Assembly: GCA_964016885.1 (NCBI GenBank)
Contig: OZ024745.1
Location: forward strand, 111,600,001-111,664,000
Reading direction: 5' to 3'
DNA from: Eledone cirrhosa
Taxonomy: Eukaryota
DNA: 64,000 nt
Shown here: one piece after another, positions 13,651-26,973 of the stretch
Position numbering within the stretch: position 1 is the stretch's first letter
Layout of the letters: every line of letters starts with the position of its first letter
Notes under the pieces: model-generated
Database searches by the model: none
Seen by the model: only the letters and a program-made list of their open reading frames with translations
What the model was told of the DNA's origin: nothing
Program-made: the position numbers and the translations under genes

Positions 13651-14407
13651 TGAATGTAACTAGTGTCTGCACCTGAGATTCAGAACACATAAAAATGGCC
13701 ATATCTCAAATAAAAAAGAGATTGACTGAAAACTACTAAACACAAACATCCAGAAATTGAGAATATAACTTCAAATTGACAATCTGACAATATTTGGAGC
13801 TGAAAGATTATTATTCCAGCCTGCTTCAAAAATCTCCTGCATTACAATTATTGTCAGCTGATTAAAAACCATGCTCCTGTCCCTCATTTCAGACCCATTA
13901 TTAATATTTTTCCACTTAAAAATGTCCATATTAAATGACTCTCCCAAGTCATTCTCTGGATATGTCTAATGAAATTTCTGTTCATCTTCATCAGAATCTT
14001 CCAAATTTTACAGTACCTCATCAGTAATCTACATCTTTATTTTCATGATTAAAAAAATATTGAAAATAATGCCTAAAATGCCTGTATACAAATATCTGCA
14101 GCCAGATATTTGTATACAGTTCAATTCTGCATTAACACCCTATCTTTATTCTGATTGGCTGACATATGACATATTTTTAGTTTAATTGAATTTTAGCATG
14201 GGGTTTGCCAATTCCCATAATGTTGGAAATCTAGCTTAGTGTTAAGTCTGAAATTCTTTGCAAGAATATACAGGTTAAACAAAAACAAATCCATAGATTG
14301 AAAAAGACAAATGAAGATATAAAGTTCATAAGATAATGAAATGAATGCCAACTTTATATAACTGGACCATAAGCCAGAGATAATATTAATGTAAGATTTT
14401 AATTTAA

Positions 14408-14626
14408 CCCTTTAGCATTTAAACCGGCCGTATCCGACCAAAACCCTCTCACCTCTTTCTGTTTAAACAGGCTGTAACTGGCTGCTCATACTTATATTAA
14501 GGTATTGTTCTTAAAATATATAACATCAAAATATCGTAGATTCGATATTATGAGATAATTGTGTAAGATAAAGCCTTTACTGTGAAAATACAATAGTAAA
14601 TATAGAATAATGTAAATGCTAAAGAG
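14408..14626 (+). mobile_element. piggyBac-type MITE (family 1)
   Basis: TTAA|CCCTTTAGCATTTA ... TAAATGCTAAAGAG|TTAA. Confidence 0.85.
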
Positions 14627-16329
14627 TTAAGTATAAGCACCTTAAAATGGAGGTTTTGTTCCAGGTGGATTGGTATCAAGAGTTAAACTACAACTTAATG
14701 AAGTGAAATATACGTAAGATATCCAATCATTCTGGGTTTAAGCTCCCTTCACAGAAATATGTATCAATAATGGCAAGGAAAATTCAATGATATGTTTATT
14801 TTGATTTTAATGACAGCATTCTCTCACTAATACAATGGTTTTAATATTTTAGTATTCTAGTGGATTACCATTCTTCAAAGCAATCAATAACAAACAATAG
14901 GGATCTTTTTATCTTCTTTAAATTGACATCCTGTAATTATTACTGCAATCTCCCCCTAAATATATATACATACATTTTTTTCTAGTAACAATAAACTACA
15001 ACTGAAAAAAGAATACTTCCTAGTGTTCATTTTTTTTTTTGCCCCTAGATTATTATATACAACTAAATATAACTTTGGCTAAAGTAATTTTAGAGAATCC
15101 CAGTATTTGTAAGCCTTTGACCCCTAAAAATACTAAGCTAGTAATTAGAAGTATTCACTTTCTTATAGAATTTCTTTATTTAACAATTTCTATGAATGTT
15201 TAACATTTATATGGCCTCCAATTTTAGAGAATGGCATGTTGAAAAAAAAACAAAAAAAAACACTTCCAGATATTTTCCTGATAAAGGCCTAAGTATTTAG
15301 CCCTCAGTCATATCTGTCACAATGTGGCTGAAGTTATTATGTATTCCATGCAAAATGATTCAAATAGTGCCAAGTAACTTGGCATTGGTTTTGATCATTT
15401 TGAATTCTCGGAGCAAACAGTACTATGAAAGCACCAACTTAAGTCAAATCTAAGAATTAGTTGATATAGAAAGTTACAAATTGCAGTCACGTTAATCTTC
15501 CTTTCTAGCATTATTCTATTTTATTTTTCAGTTGGACTACCTTGTGAAAACTCCCAACTGTTATTCATCAACAAATTAAATTCACTATGTTGCCAAATTT
15601 CTTTCTGAGATGCTTCCAAATCTTTCACCCATCACTGATGTTTCATGAAACAAAAGAATTGTCCTTTCCACAAAAGTTACAACAATCACAACAAAAAACA
15701 AAAAAATAAACATCTAAAATTTGAATCTAATCTTATATCATATAAGGTTTAAAAGACAATATTGATGCAGATGTGACTTCAGGTTCACTAGAATAGAATT
15801 AGTATCTGTAAATATTAACTAAGTTTTCAGTAGTACAAACTTCAGAATTTATAAAAGATGAAATGCTATTTCATTTATTCATTGGCACTGGTAGTGGAGG
15901 TGGTAGTAGTGGTGTTAGTGTGATTGGTAGATTGGTGTCAGTCAAGAGTGGGTGAGCTTGTGCTATGTAGTTTGGGGTTTGTCCTCACTGAGAAGAAGGT
16001 AGAGGAAGACAAAGAAGATGGCAAAGAAAAAGAACTACACTTGACATTTGGCAAATCAACAAGTGGTTTAGTGAGAGTAAACTTATAGACTAACAATAAA
16101 ATGGTGTATAATTCAACACATCTTACTTTATATGTAGATACTACCAAATGTAAAGGATTGAAATTATTTAATTGAAATATATTCCACTGGCATGAAATAG
16201 ATACTAGTGTTAAGAGTCAGTTTGCTCTTTCTTTGTCATATTTACAATAATACCACAGAAATAAACATGTTATTTTGAAAACTAAAAGCCTCAACCGAAA
16301 TTCTTTTCCTGTTCATATAGTCTCATCAG

Positions 16330-16672
16330 TTAATTACCTATAACTTATAAAGTCACAAAACAGCACAGCTCCAATGACTTTCAGACACATTTTTCATGCT
16401 CAGCATTGCTGAAGCATGGAACAAACTGCCTGCATTAGTTGTTAACTGTCGGAACACTGCATCCTTCAAAATTTCCTTGCTTCCCGAAATTCGTCAATAC
16501 TACACTTGATATTCCCCCTCCATACACATGCACACATGTATATGAGTGTATATCATGACTAATACACTGTTCACTTTTCTAACATTAGTACATTATTCTA
16601 TGTACTATACATGCACCTTTGATGAGTTATAATGGACCTGAGCACTGTATACAATCATTTTCATTATTATTA
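16330..16672 (+). mobile_element. CR1-like LINE 3' end
   Basis: Decayed ORF end (KVTKQHS...AEAWNKLPALVVNCRNTASFK) typical of CR1 ORF2 C-termini; 3' UTR ends in (ATT)n; inverted UTR piece at 39995-40078. Confidence 0.7.
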
Positions 16673-16680
16673 AAATAAAG

Positions 16681-17149
16681 GGCGGTGGATTGGCAGTATC
16701 AGTAGAGGGTCGGACGCCATGCTTTGCAGCAAAGAGTTGCGGCCCTTTATGGTCTTAGTTCAAATCCCACCGAAGTTAACTTTGCCTTTCATCCTTACGG
16801 GGTCGATAAAATAAAGTACCAGTAATACACTAAGATAATTGCTGGCCTTGTGCCAAAAGTAGAAACAATTATTATTAAAATAAAGCACCAGTAATGCACT
16901 GGGATAATTGCTGGCCTTGTACCAAAAAGTAGAAACAATTATTATTATTATGTGGATTGACAGTATTGGTAGAGGGTCGGACACCATGCTTTGATGCAAA
17001 GAGTTACGGCCCTTCCCATTCTGAGTTCAATTCCCGCCGAGGTTAACTTTGCCTTTCATCCTTACAGGGTCGATAAAATAAAGTACCAGTAATACGCTGG
17101 GTAATTGCTGGCCTAGTGCCTAACGTAGAAACAATTATTATTATTTATT
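16681..17149 (+). mobile_element. Stack of three tRNA-derived SINE-A copies (full, truncated, near-full)
   Basis: A-box TGGCAGTATCAG, B-box GTTCAAATCC, central GCCTTTCATCCTTACGGGGTCGATAAAATAAAGTACCAG, (ATT)n tails; first copy has TSD attattattaaaataaag. Confidence 0.9.
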
Positions 17150-19800
17150 AGGAAAATGGATAGAAATAGTGTAGGCTGCCCAATTTTTAAAACGGTCGCC
17201 TATTCAGATCACAAATTTGTGATCTGTTTAGTTGACCTTGATAAAACGCGTAGGTTGGGACTGGGTTACTGGAAGCTGAACATGTCATTTCCGGCACGTA
17301 AGGCTTACAGGGACCGAGTCAACAATTTAGTTAAGCAAAAGTTGACAGGGGGGATCATCAACAACAGATGGTGGGGAGCTCTCAAAAGAGAGATTAGAGT
17401 AACTTCGATAGAGTTCAACAAAGAACTAGCGTTAGAGAAAAATAGAAAGGAGTGGGAGCTGGTAGATAAGTTAGACGAGGCCATTTGTAGTGGCATTGCA
17501 ACTAACGTGTTAACAGTGAGAATGGCATTAGACCATTTCTTCAATATGAAACACGAAGGTTGCATTGTGAGAGCTAAGGCACGTGCGCTGAGAAACGAAG
17601 GAACCAAAGCTGTTCGATGGGCCCGCATGGTGGAGGTGCAGCGTGGTAATAAAACCACAATTCGGTCTTTGGCGGACCGAGACGGACACGAGATAAGCGA
17701 TTCCAAGCGGATGTGTGAGGCTTTTCGCCAGCACTTTGCTCAGTTGTTCGGAGAGAGTGGCAAGTCAGAGAGAGAAGCGGATTTCAGTCCCTACCTTGAC
17801 GGCTTGTCGCGCATCTCGACGATCGACGCTGAGCGCTGCAAAAGGATGATTACTTCAGTGATACATGCGATACATCATAGAGATGGTAGGGTGAGGCACT
17901 GATCAATTTAGATCGATCGAAAGCATTCGATAGGGTCGACCATCAAAGCAGCTGGCTTCGACCGTCTTCAGAAGCTGGATCGCTGCAATGCACAGCGGCA
18001 CACGCTTGGTGGTCAAGGTTAATGGCCACCTCTCAGAACCATTTTGGCTCTCCCAATCGGTCCGTCAAGAGTGCCCTCTCCCTTCCCTTCTGTACGTATT
18101 GGCTCTCGAACCTTTACTGCGGAAGCTGGAACTGTTGCAGGGCAACCCGCTCGAACCGAGACGTGGAAAGGCGGTGTCAGCTTATGTGGACAACATCACC
18201 GTGATGGTGTCGGACACCTCAGAAATCGAGGTGGTCGACACCTTATTGAAGGAATATGAAAGGTTGACAGGAGCCAAACTTAACCTGGAGAGGCAACCCT
18301 ATGCCATCCAACAGCGTCGTGGGGCACTGGACGGACGGACCGGTAAAGTTGCTCGGGATTTGGTTTGGACAAGACCTACAGGTGGGAAAGGATTGGGATG
18401 AGGTAATGAGCAGAGTAGCCAGTCTCATCCAAAAATGGGCTGGGAGGAAGCTATCACTGAAAGGTTGTGCGGAGGTGGAAAATGCGTACATCGCATCCGT
18501 CATCTACTACCGCCTGACTGTCGTGCCTTGCCCCCCGTCCGCGCCTCGTCAAGTTGGAACGGCTCCTCTTCAAATTCTTGTGGAATGGACAAGTTCCGTT
18601 GGTGAGGCAGTCCATCTGCTGCCAGTACCCTCTACATGGAGGGCTGGGCATGCCGTGGCTAATGATGCGCAGATATGCGCTGAGGCTGCGACATCTCCAA
18701 ATATTCTGCCTAAATGGTGAACAGGTGTGGTCGCCGTTTATCAGACGGGCCTTTTCGCAGCTCGTTTCTTTGACTGAGCTGCAGTCCTGGGTCAAGAAGA
18801 GACCCAGACTGGATGACTGGCACCTGGAATGTTGCCAGGCACTCACTGCCCTCTACCAAGCGGGCAATGCGATCAGTGGCACTTCCACTCTCGAGTTCTC
18901 TAGAGGATTAGTGGCAGGCAAGTGCGATGATGCACTCGGAGAAGCTTTGGGCCTCAAGTAAGTCGAACTGAGCAGTCTGTACCGGAGGACTTTTGAGCCG
19001 GGGACAATGGACAATTTCCTGAAATCCCTCGCTTGGCAGTGCTACTGGGGGGGCACTGCCGGTTCAGGATAAACTCTACAGGCACGGAAGTGCTGTCAGA
19101 CGGACCTGCCCAAGATGCGCACAGAACGACGAAACCGTTCTGCACGCACTTGTCCAATGTCCGTGCATTACTGACTTGTGGAGTTATGTCGAACAGCTAC
19201 TGTCGCGTGTGGAATGAATCCGGCTATCGGCCGAGTCCATAGTGAAGATCGACCCGCCGCCTTCCTTAGGTCAGGAAATTTTCCTCTGTCTGGTGGCAGT
19301 TGCGAAAGAGGTTATATGGGGGACCAGATTAAAAGGACTGAAGACAGACACTTTTCTCTTCAGCCAATCCCTCATCAACTTCAAGTTTCACCTGGAAAGG
19401 AAGGTGAGGGTGAGGAGAGAAGTGCTTCCCCCCCCCCCCCCCAGTAGATTTGCTAAAAGGTGGAAGAATGTGGCGAGAATGGCTCGTGTGAATTGGCCTA
19501 CTCTGACCATGCGCCTATAGGCTAGCTAACTTGAGGAGCAAGGTGCTCTTCCTGGGTGCCCTAGAAGCGCAGGGTGGTTTAGGAATGGTGCGGTACCTGA
19601 GTCACTCCTGGGTCGTCCACCCCCTATCGGGGAATGTATTTTGTTATATTTATGCATAGTTTATTTTATATTTTTTATATCTTCATTGTTAAATTAGTCT
19701 TGCCATTGTGCACTTTTACTCGACCTTATTGTAAACTCCCATTGTCCCTGTCTTTGTATTGTCCCCTACATGTCGGCCCATGTGGCTAATAAATGAAATC
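17150..19800 (+). mobile_element. Tx1/L1-like non-LTR retrotransposon, 5'-truncated and frameshifted ORF2
   Basis: Endonuclease end (SDHK..GYWKLN), RT motifs (KAFDRVDH, RQECPL, AYVDN, KLLGIWF, GGLG), C-terminal CPRC..ETVLHALVQC knuckle; 16-bp TSD attattattatttatt (17134-17149 / 19801-19816). Confidence 0.92.
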
Positions 19801-20244
19801 ATTATTATTATTTATTTGTACTTGTGTTAATGTTTACCTGAGATGAGTTGAGCTAGCTCCAGCAAGTAATTCCACTGGAGTTGATTGAGCTAACACTGAC
19901 CTAAAAAGTTGCTCTATATAGCATGTGCAACTTGATCACCTCCACTAAATGGGATCAAAAGTTAAAGTGAGAGTTTGATACAACTGTTCAAATTGTTGCC
20001 TAAAATTCATTATGCATCTGTTCTAAGATCTGCAAGTATCTTATGGCAGGTCAGCCTTCTCCAAGACACAACTGTCTCAATATTTAGCAACTTCCTTGGT
20101 CAGTACTTCCATTCTGACTGTAGACATTTGATGGCAATGAAATACTACTGCAGATCACGCTATCCCAATGTGTGTATATTTGCAGCAGGAGATTGGATGC
20201 AAAATGTATATCTTCAATGAAACTCATAAAAAATTACCTGCAAC

Positions 20245-20445
20245 ATCGTTTAACATCCATTTTCCATGCTAGCATGGATAGGACGGGTTGTCCTTTGTGA
20301 GAGATCATGTTGGAGGACCATGTTTTGCTCACACAGGAATAATTTTGGCTTGGTTTCTACAGCTGGATGCCCTTCCTAACACCAACCTCATTTACAGTGT
20401 ATGCTGGGCACTTTTTGTCATGACACCTACCCAACCACTTTACAA
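20245..20445 (-). mobile_element. RTE-A 3' UTR fragment
   Basis: ccatgctagcatgg...ctacagctggatgcccttcctaacaccaacctc. Confidence 0.75.
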
Positions 20446-20939
20446 GCAAATAAAGGTACCTCCCTGTCTTTACACCACCTGCTAGAAATAGCAGCCAAAT
20501 TTCTCTCAAATCACATCATACCATCTTTAAAATAAGGGAATGACTCATTATTAGACTGAAAGAAAAAATGACAGGATAGAAGGATGATCATAGGTCTTCT
20601 CAATAAAGACTCATCTAGAATGAAATGATAACAAGGAGTGAACTAACCCTACCCAGTTAACTTTATTCCTCAGTCTAAGAGGGTCAATCAATGAAAACTA
20701 GAAGTTAAACTTTACTTCCTTAGATTAACTAATAAAACACATATACATACATATTAATGATTCTGCTGTTTAATAATTATCAACTGTAGGGGGAGGGGGT
20801 TCCCCTCTACCCTTCTTTTTAATTCCATTTAACAATTTAATTTAATCCAACAAATTTCCTCAAATTGTTTTCTTATTCTATGATCTGTAGTAGTCTAAAC
20901 AATAAACCTAACAATGTAATTTTTCTTATGCATTTGAAT

Positions 20940-20977
20940 CTATTCATCTTGTATAATAGTTATGGGCCTGTCCCTTC
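20940..20977 (-). other. Candidate terminal exon of a minus-strand host gene
   Basis: Very strong acceptor ttttttctcttttgtcttcatctgtttctctctag| with ~57 nt free of AG; all three frames stop within 38 nt (EGTGP*, RDRPITIIQDE*, KGQAHNYYTR*). Confidence 0.45.
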
Positions 20978-21829
20978 CTAGAGAGAAACAGATGAAGACA
21001 AAAGAGAAAAAACAAACACAAATACAAAAAGAAAAACTTAAATATTAATTTAGAAAACACTTTTTTTATTATGCTGTCAGCTGTTCTACTTTAAAAGATA
21101 TCAGTTGCTTTTGAGCCTCGCTGGAGGAGACATCATCATAATGATGATGATGATGGTGGTGGTGGTGATGAAGATGATGATGATATAGTGGCAGCAGCAA
21201 ACTGATAATTTTATGATGACAACAGCCTATTGAAATGGTTCAATAGAATGGCAATAACCAATCAGAACATTTGATCTGACAACAGTAGATGTTGGAGAAA
21301 TTCTAATGGAACTATGAGCATTCAATAAAACCAGAAGCAGACAATTGATGAGGCAGGATATCGCCAAAGTCAATTAATGACATCAAATACGATGGCAAAA
21401 GCTAATTAACGATGTTAAATGTGATAACAAAAGCTAATTGGTGATACATGATAGCAACCATAAATTGGTGATATCAAAATATGGAGTTAAAAGTCAAGAC
21501 ACCATGTTAAATATGGTAGCAACAGCCATTTTTATGATATTAAGTATGACAATCAATTATATTAAGTACTAGGAAAGAGAGAAGGGGAGGAAAGGAGGGT
21601 GGTGGTGGTGAGAGGTCGGGGTGGCAGGCAGGCAGACAGCGCTGGGCAGACGGACAGATGGAGAGACAGACAAGCAGACCAATTAATGATGTTGAGGATG
21701 ATTTTGAACAGCAAAGTGATGGTGTTTAAATGCATTTTCAACACAGCCAGTTAGTGTAGTGATAAATATGTTAAACTGTGATGGTAATGATGTATATGGT
21801 GACCCCCACCACAGCCAATTAGTGTAATA

Positions 21830-22812
21830 ATATATATGATAAATTGTAACGATATATGTTAAATTGTAATGATATATATGTTAAATATATGTTAAATTGT
21901 AATGATACATACATCAAATTGTAATAATATATGTTAAATTGTAATGATACATATGTTAAATTGTAATAATATATACGTTAAATTGTAATGATACATATGT
22001 TAAATTGTAATGATATATATATATATGTTAAATTGTAATGATACATATGTTAAATTGTAATGATACATATGTTAAATTGTAATGATACATATGTTAAATT
22101 GTAATGATACATATGTTAAATTGTAATGATATATATATATATGTTAAATTGTAATGATACATATGTTAAATTGTAATGATATATATATATGTTAAATTGT
22201 AATGATACATATGTTAAATTGTAATGATATATATATATGTTAAATTGTAATGATACATATGTTAAATTGTAATGATATATATGTTAAATATATGTTAAAT
22301 TGTAATGATACATACATCAAATTGGAATAATATATATGTTAAATTGTAATGATACATATGTTAAATTGTAATGATATATATATATGTTAAATTGTAATGA
22401 TACATATGTTAAATTGTAATGATATATATATATGTTAAATTGTAATGATACATATGTTAAATTGTAATGATACATATGTTAAATTGTAATGATATATATA
22501 TATATATGTTAAATTGTAATGATACATATGTTAAATTGTAATGATACATATGTTAAATTGTAATGATATATATATATGTTAAATTGTAATGATACATATG
22601 TTAAATTGTAATGATATATATGTTAAATATATGTTAAATTGTAATGATACATACATCAAATTGGAATAATATATATGTTAAATTGTAATGATACATATGT
22701 TAAATTGTAATGATATATATATATGTTAAATTGTAATGATATATAAATATGTTAAATTATAATGATACATATGTTAAATTGTAATGATATATATATATAT
22801 GTTAAATTGTAA

Positions 22813-22855
<43 letters not shown>

Positions 22856-23165
22856 CCAGCATGGCCTCAGCCGGATGGCTGAAACAGGTAAAAGAGTATA
22901 AAAGAGTATGTTAAATTGTAATGGTATATATATGTTAAATTGTTATGATATATATATGTTAAATTGTTATGATATATATATGTTAAATTGTAATGATATA
23001 TATCTGTTAAATTGTAATTATATATATATGTTAAATTGTAATTATATATATATGTTAAATTGTAATTATATATATATGTTAAATTGTAATGGTATATATG
23101 TTAAATTGTAATGATATATATGTTAAATTGTAATTATATATATATATGTTAAATTGTAATGGTAA
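21830..23165. repeat. AT-rich ~22-bp minisatellite (atatgttaaattgtaatgatac) with variable (AT)n
   Basis: Dozens of tandem units; a variant block recurs at ~21878, ~22280 and ~22620; interrupted at 22853-22906. Confidence 0.95.
22853..22906 (+). mobile_element. 3' tip of SINE-C inserted in the satellite
   Basis: gccccagcatggcctcagccggatggctgaaacaggtaaaagagtataaaagag; matches the reverse complement of 59325-59370. Confidence 0.65.
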
Positions 23166-23399
23166 AGGGAGAGAAGTGACAAGACTAAGTATGGTAGAAA
23201 AATGGGTGATATCCAATACTGATATATATATATATATATATATATATACCAGCTGTTTATTAACAAAGAATATATTAATTAATGGTGCCAAATACTGCAG
23301 CAATTTCTGATGCTAATCACATTCAAAGTTATAACAAACAATTTGTATGGTTTTATTTATTTTTTGTTTGTTGTTTTTTTTTTATTCTTTTCTTTCTTT

Positions 23400-23600
23400 T
23401 TTTTTACTTGTTTCAATCATCAGTCTGTAGTCGTGCTATGGTACCGCCTTGACTTAGTTGATTATATCGACTCAGAACTTATGTTTTTTACAAGTCTGGC
23501 ACTTAGCCTATCGATCTCTTTTTGTCGAACTGCTAAGTTATGGAACATAAACATAGGCACAAACATAAATATAGATACAAACATACACACACAAACAAAT
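23400..23600 (-). mobile_element. SINE-C copy (others near 6170-6300, 41950-42150, 59325-59660)
   Basis: Shared ttttacttgtttca...ttatcga...actgctaagttat...cataaac blocks. Confidence 0.6.
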
Positions 23601-23979
23601 ATACAAATATATATGTGAACAAATTGGGAAACAAAAATGTGTAGGGGGGGGGGGGGGGGGAGGTTCTGCATAAAATGCATATAAATAGAGTTCCATAGTT
23701 TGAATATGGTGAGTGTAGAGAAAACAAACTTCAATCAATCGAAACTATCCTGGTAATTTCACAAGTTGCAATGTAAATCCAAACATAAACGTAAACACAG
23801 ATACACACACACACACATGCAATGACTGACATGCACACACACACATGCATTTTTTTGTGTTATAAATGTTGACTAACCAGGGGGACTGACCCCTTATCAA
23901 AAGCCTGCATTGCATTGGAAATATTACATAACAACCTTATTACTAAAGATGCAGTCTGATGAAGTCAGAGAAATTCACA

Positions 23980-24015
<36 letters not shown>

Positions 24016-24016
<1 letters not shown>

Positions 24017-24157
24017 GCAGCTGTAGAAATCAAGCCAAATCAGTTCCTGTATGAGCAAGGCATGGTCAGCCAACCAGACACTGCCCACAACAGGACAACC
24101 CGTCTAACCCATGCTAGCGTGGAGGAACGGACGTAAAACGGTGATGATGATGATGAT
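24016..24157 (+). mobile_element. RTE-A 3' tail
   Basis: Near-identical inverted copy of about 1000-1140; ends in (GAT)n. Confidence 0.85.
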
Positions 24158-24949
24158 CATACATATAATATCATCATCAGCATCGTCATTTGATATTCAT
24201 TTTCCCTGCTAACAAGGGTTGGACAGGTTATCAGACAAAGTCAGTATTCGAGCAGAGCTACAGGCTTCTCAGATGGGTCAAGGGTTTGCATCTTGCTTAC
24301 ATATGTTCCTACACCCTACTGAGGAGTGCTCAGACAAAACAAGGACCCACATCTCACATACATTCCCATGCTCAACTGAGTTCATTTTGTTGGGGCACAA
24401 GCACTAGGGATGTTGTTATGTTTCTGACACAGTTAATGAGTCTTTCCAACTCTTTATTTGGCAGGTTTTCTATGGATAGATACCAACCACTTTACAGAGT
24501 ATACTGGGTATGTTTATCAAGTAAATAGGCATCCACACAGTTTCCATCCACCAAATTTCACTCACAAGGCAACAGAAAAAGACATTTACCCAAAATAATA
24601 ATTTGTTTATATTATTTATAAGAAAATATATATTCTCTTTAACTTTAGCAGATAGAAAACGAAGTACACAATCCCTGGAAAACTTTTAATTAAAGTCAAA
24701 ACTAGTTGCGATTAATCTTCACTTTTACATTCTATTTTCATAGCAACATTAAATATACAGAGTGGTTATAATTAACTTACAGCAATGGCATGCTTGATTT
24801 AATGCAAACAAGAAGTGTTTAGAACATTTAATGTAGCTATATAAACTTACATGAGTTGCTTATGTTTTACTTTTGGAATAAAGTTTAATAGCACTATGGA
24901 TTATTTTTATTTGCATTTCTTAATAGTAACCTAATTACAGCCTTCCCTG

Positions 24950-25250
24950 TATGTGGCTTAGTGGTTAAGGTGTTGGCTTCATGACTGAATGGTCGTGAGT
25001 TTGATTCCTGGGCTGAGCGGTGAGTTGTGTACTTCAGCAAGACATTTTATTTCCCATTGCTCCAGTCCACTCAGCCGGAAAAAAATGAGTTGCAACGACA
25101 TTGACGCCATGCTGTATTAGACCAAGCCTTTCCCTTGGATAAAATTGGTGGCATGGAAAAGGGAGACTGGCATGCAAGGGCAACTGCTGGTCTTCCACAA
25201 AATAGGAACTTTTCAGGTGTAATATCATGGTCAAACATTACAGAAGGGAG
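24950..25250 (+). mobile_element. tRNA-derived CORE-type SINE
   Basis: A-box TGGCTTAGTGG, B-box-like GTTTGATTCC, CORE-like gcaagacattttatttcccattgctccagtccactcagc. Confidence 0.7.
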
Positions 25251-25966
25251 CCCTCCTACTGTATATCTATAAAACCTATTGTCTCTGATTTCTTTAACCA
25301 TATTCATCATCTTATTTAATGTGCTTTCCATAATTCTAGCTGGATGCCCTTCCAATCACCAACCACTTTACAGCGTGGAGTGAGTGCATTATTCATGCCA
25401 CCAGCACTAGAAAGGTTGCCTAACTGGACTCAAAAGTCCTCTCCACCCTATATCAATTTTTATTTGGAGTGTCTATTCTCCTAGATGGGTTGCTTTCACT
25501 ACAGTCATTTTTTAATCAGAGTCACTGTCCTCCTAGAGAGGTTGCCTTCACTACAGCCTGTGGATTCCATGTTTTCCCATGTAGTTGTTTCAAACTACAG
25601 CCACTGTCCTCATAGATGCGTTGCCTCCATTGCAGCTTATGGAGTTCTCGTCTGTCCTTTACTCATAAACATGGTGTGTTGGTACTTTTATTAGATCCCA
25701 GTCATCAACCTTGTCAGATTATGTAAAAAAAAAAAAAGGAGGGATGAATTGGATAAGTAACCTATGATATATGGTGTCTGAACAAATGACAGGACAGTCA
25801 TGGTTGGAATGTTTTGATTTAGAGGGCATATGTCTGCTAAATTGCAGCTGACCTTCAGCTATCTATATAGAGATTTCAAATAATTAAACAAACAAAAGAA
25901 ACCACATGTATGGAAAAAAGTTGGAAACAAGTCAGATTTAAATGTTAAAACTGACAACATAAATTA

Positions 25967-26513
25967 CTGAATATACTTGTATATAAGCTGAGAAATATGT
26001 CACACAAGAAAAATAAAAAAATAAAAATTGATGAGTCGGCTTATATTCGAGGTCAATATTTTGCTGATTTTCACCAACTTCAAAATCCTACATAAATGAG
26101 GTGCAAAATTATTTTCACTTTAGAGGTGAATATTTACACTGGTTTCACTTTGGAGGTGAATATTACATTAATTTCACTTTTGACATGAATATCTATTTCT
26201 TTTTGTTTTTGATATGTTTAGAATGAATATGGCCTCCAAAATGGTCAGAAATTGGTTTAAAAAATCATTATATAATGGAGTTGTGAAACAAAAACTACAC
26301 TCTAAAGAACACTTAAAACATTTTAGATATCAAAATATTAAAACTTCATAGCTACATTCTTCACTCATGAGAATTTCAAAAATGCACCCCTAAACATAAT
26401 GTGTTGAATACCTGCCTCGACTTATAAATGGGGTTTAGATTTTTGCCTATATCACAGGCATAAAATAGGGGTCGGCTTATATTCAAATCAGCTTATATTT
26501 GAGTATATATTGG
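25967..26513. mobile_element. Tc1/pogo-like non-autonomous DNA transposon (partial copy at 54470-54850)
   Basis: Degenerate TIRs atatacttgtatataagctga / tcagcttatatttgagtatat, with internal gtcggcttatattc repeats. Confidence 0.6.
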
Positions 26514-26946
26514 TAAACCTTTGGTACATCTATTATGTTGATTCCATAGGACAACTACAGTCTTCTTTGAACTTTGCTCAAAAAACAACAGACAATATTT
26601 CTGCTTTATATGTGAGTTTTTAGAAGCAAGGTACACCATCTACCTGTAAAACTAAACTCCCATTTACCAAATTTCGCTCACATGGCTACAGTAGAAGACA
26701 TTTGCCCAGAGTAGCATGCAGTGGGAATGAACCAAAAATCAGTTTGTATATATTATTTATAAACCACTCGCAAATTTCAAATTTTGAAAATTTTACTTGA
26801 ACATCAAGTAAAATTGGAAAATTGATGTAAAACAATTAAAAAGTGTTGGGGAGAGACTAAAGAGTGTTGGAGAGAGACTAAAGAGAGAGAGGGAGAGAGG
26901 AAGAGAGAGAAACACAGAAAAACATGAAGAAATAAGACTTACTAAC

Positions 26947-26973
26947 CTGTTTGGTATCAATTGTACATTCAAT
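26947..26973 (-). other. Candidate 27-nt microexon
   Basis: ttattattcttttatttacag|ATTGAATGTACAATTGATACCAAACAG|gttagt; length is a multiple of 3; IECTIDTKQ in phase 0 or LNVQLIPN in phase 2. Confidence 0.55.

Noticed and set aside
19838-19900. 63-nt minus-strand exon (SVLAQSTPVELLAGASSTHL)
   Set aside because: The donor is plausible but the pyrimidine tract is short and the peptide is unrecognisable; similarly weak candidates near 5010, 32576-32637, 44373 and 53706 were not called.
23956-23980. CTGATGA hammerhead start (also at 36441 and 48228)
   Set aside because: No stem II followed by GAAA-stem III-UH.
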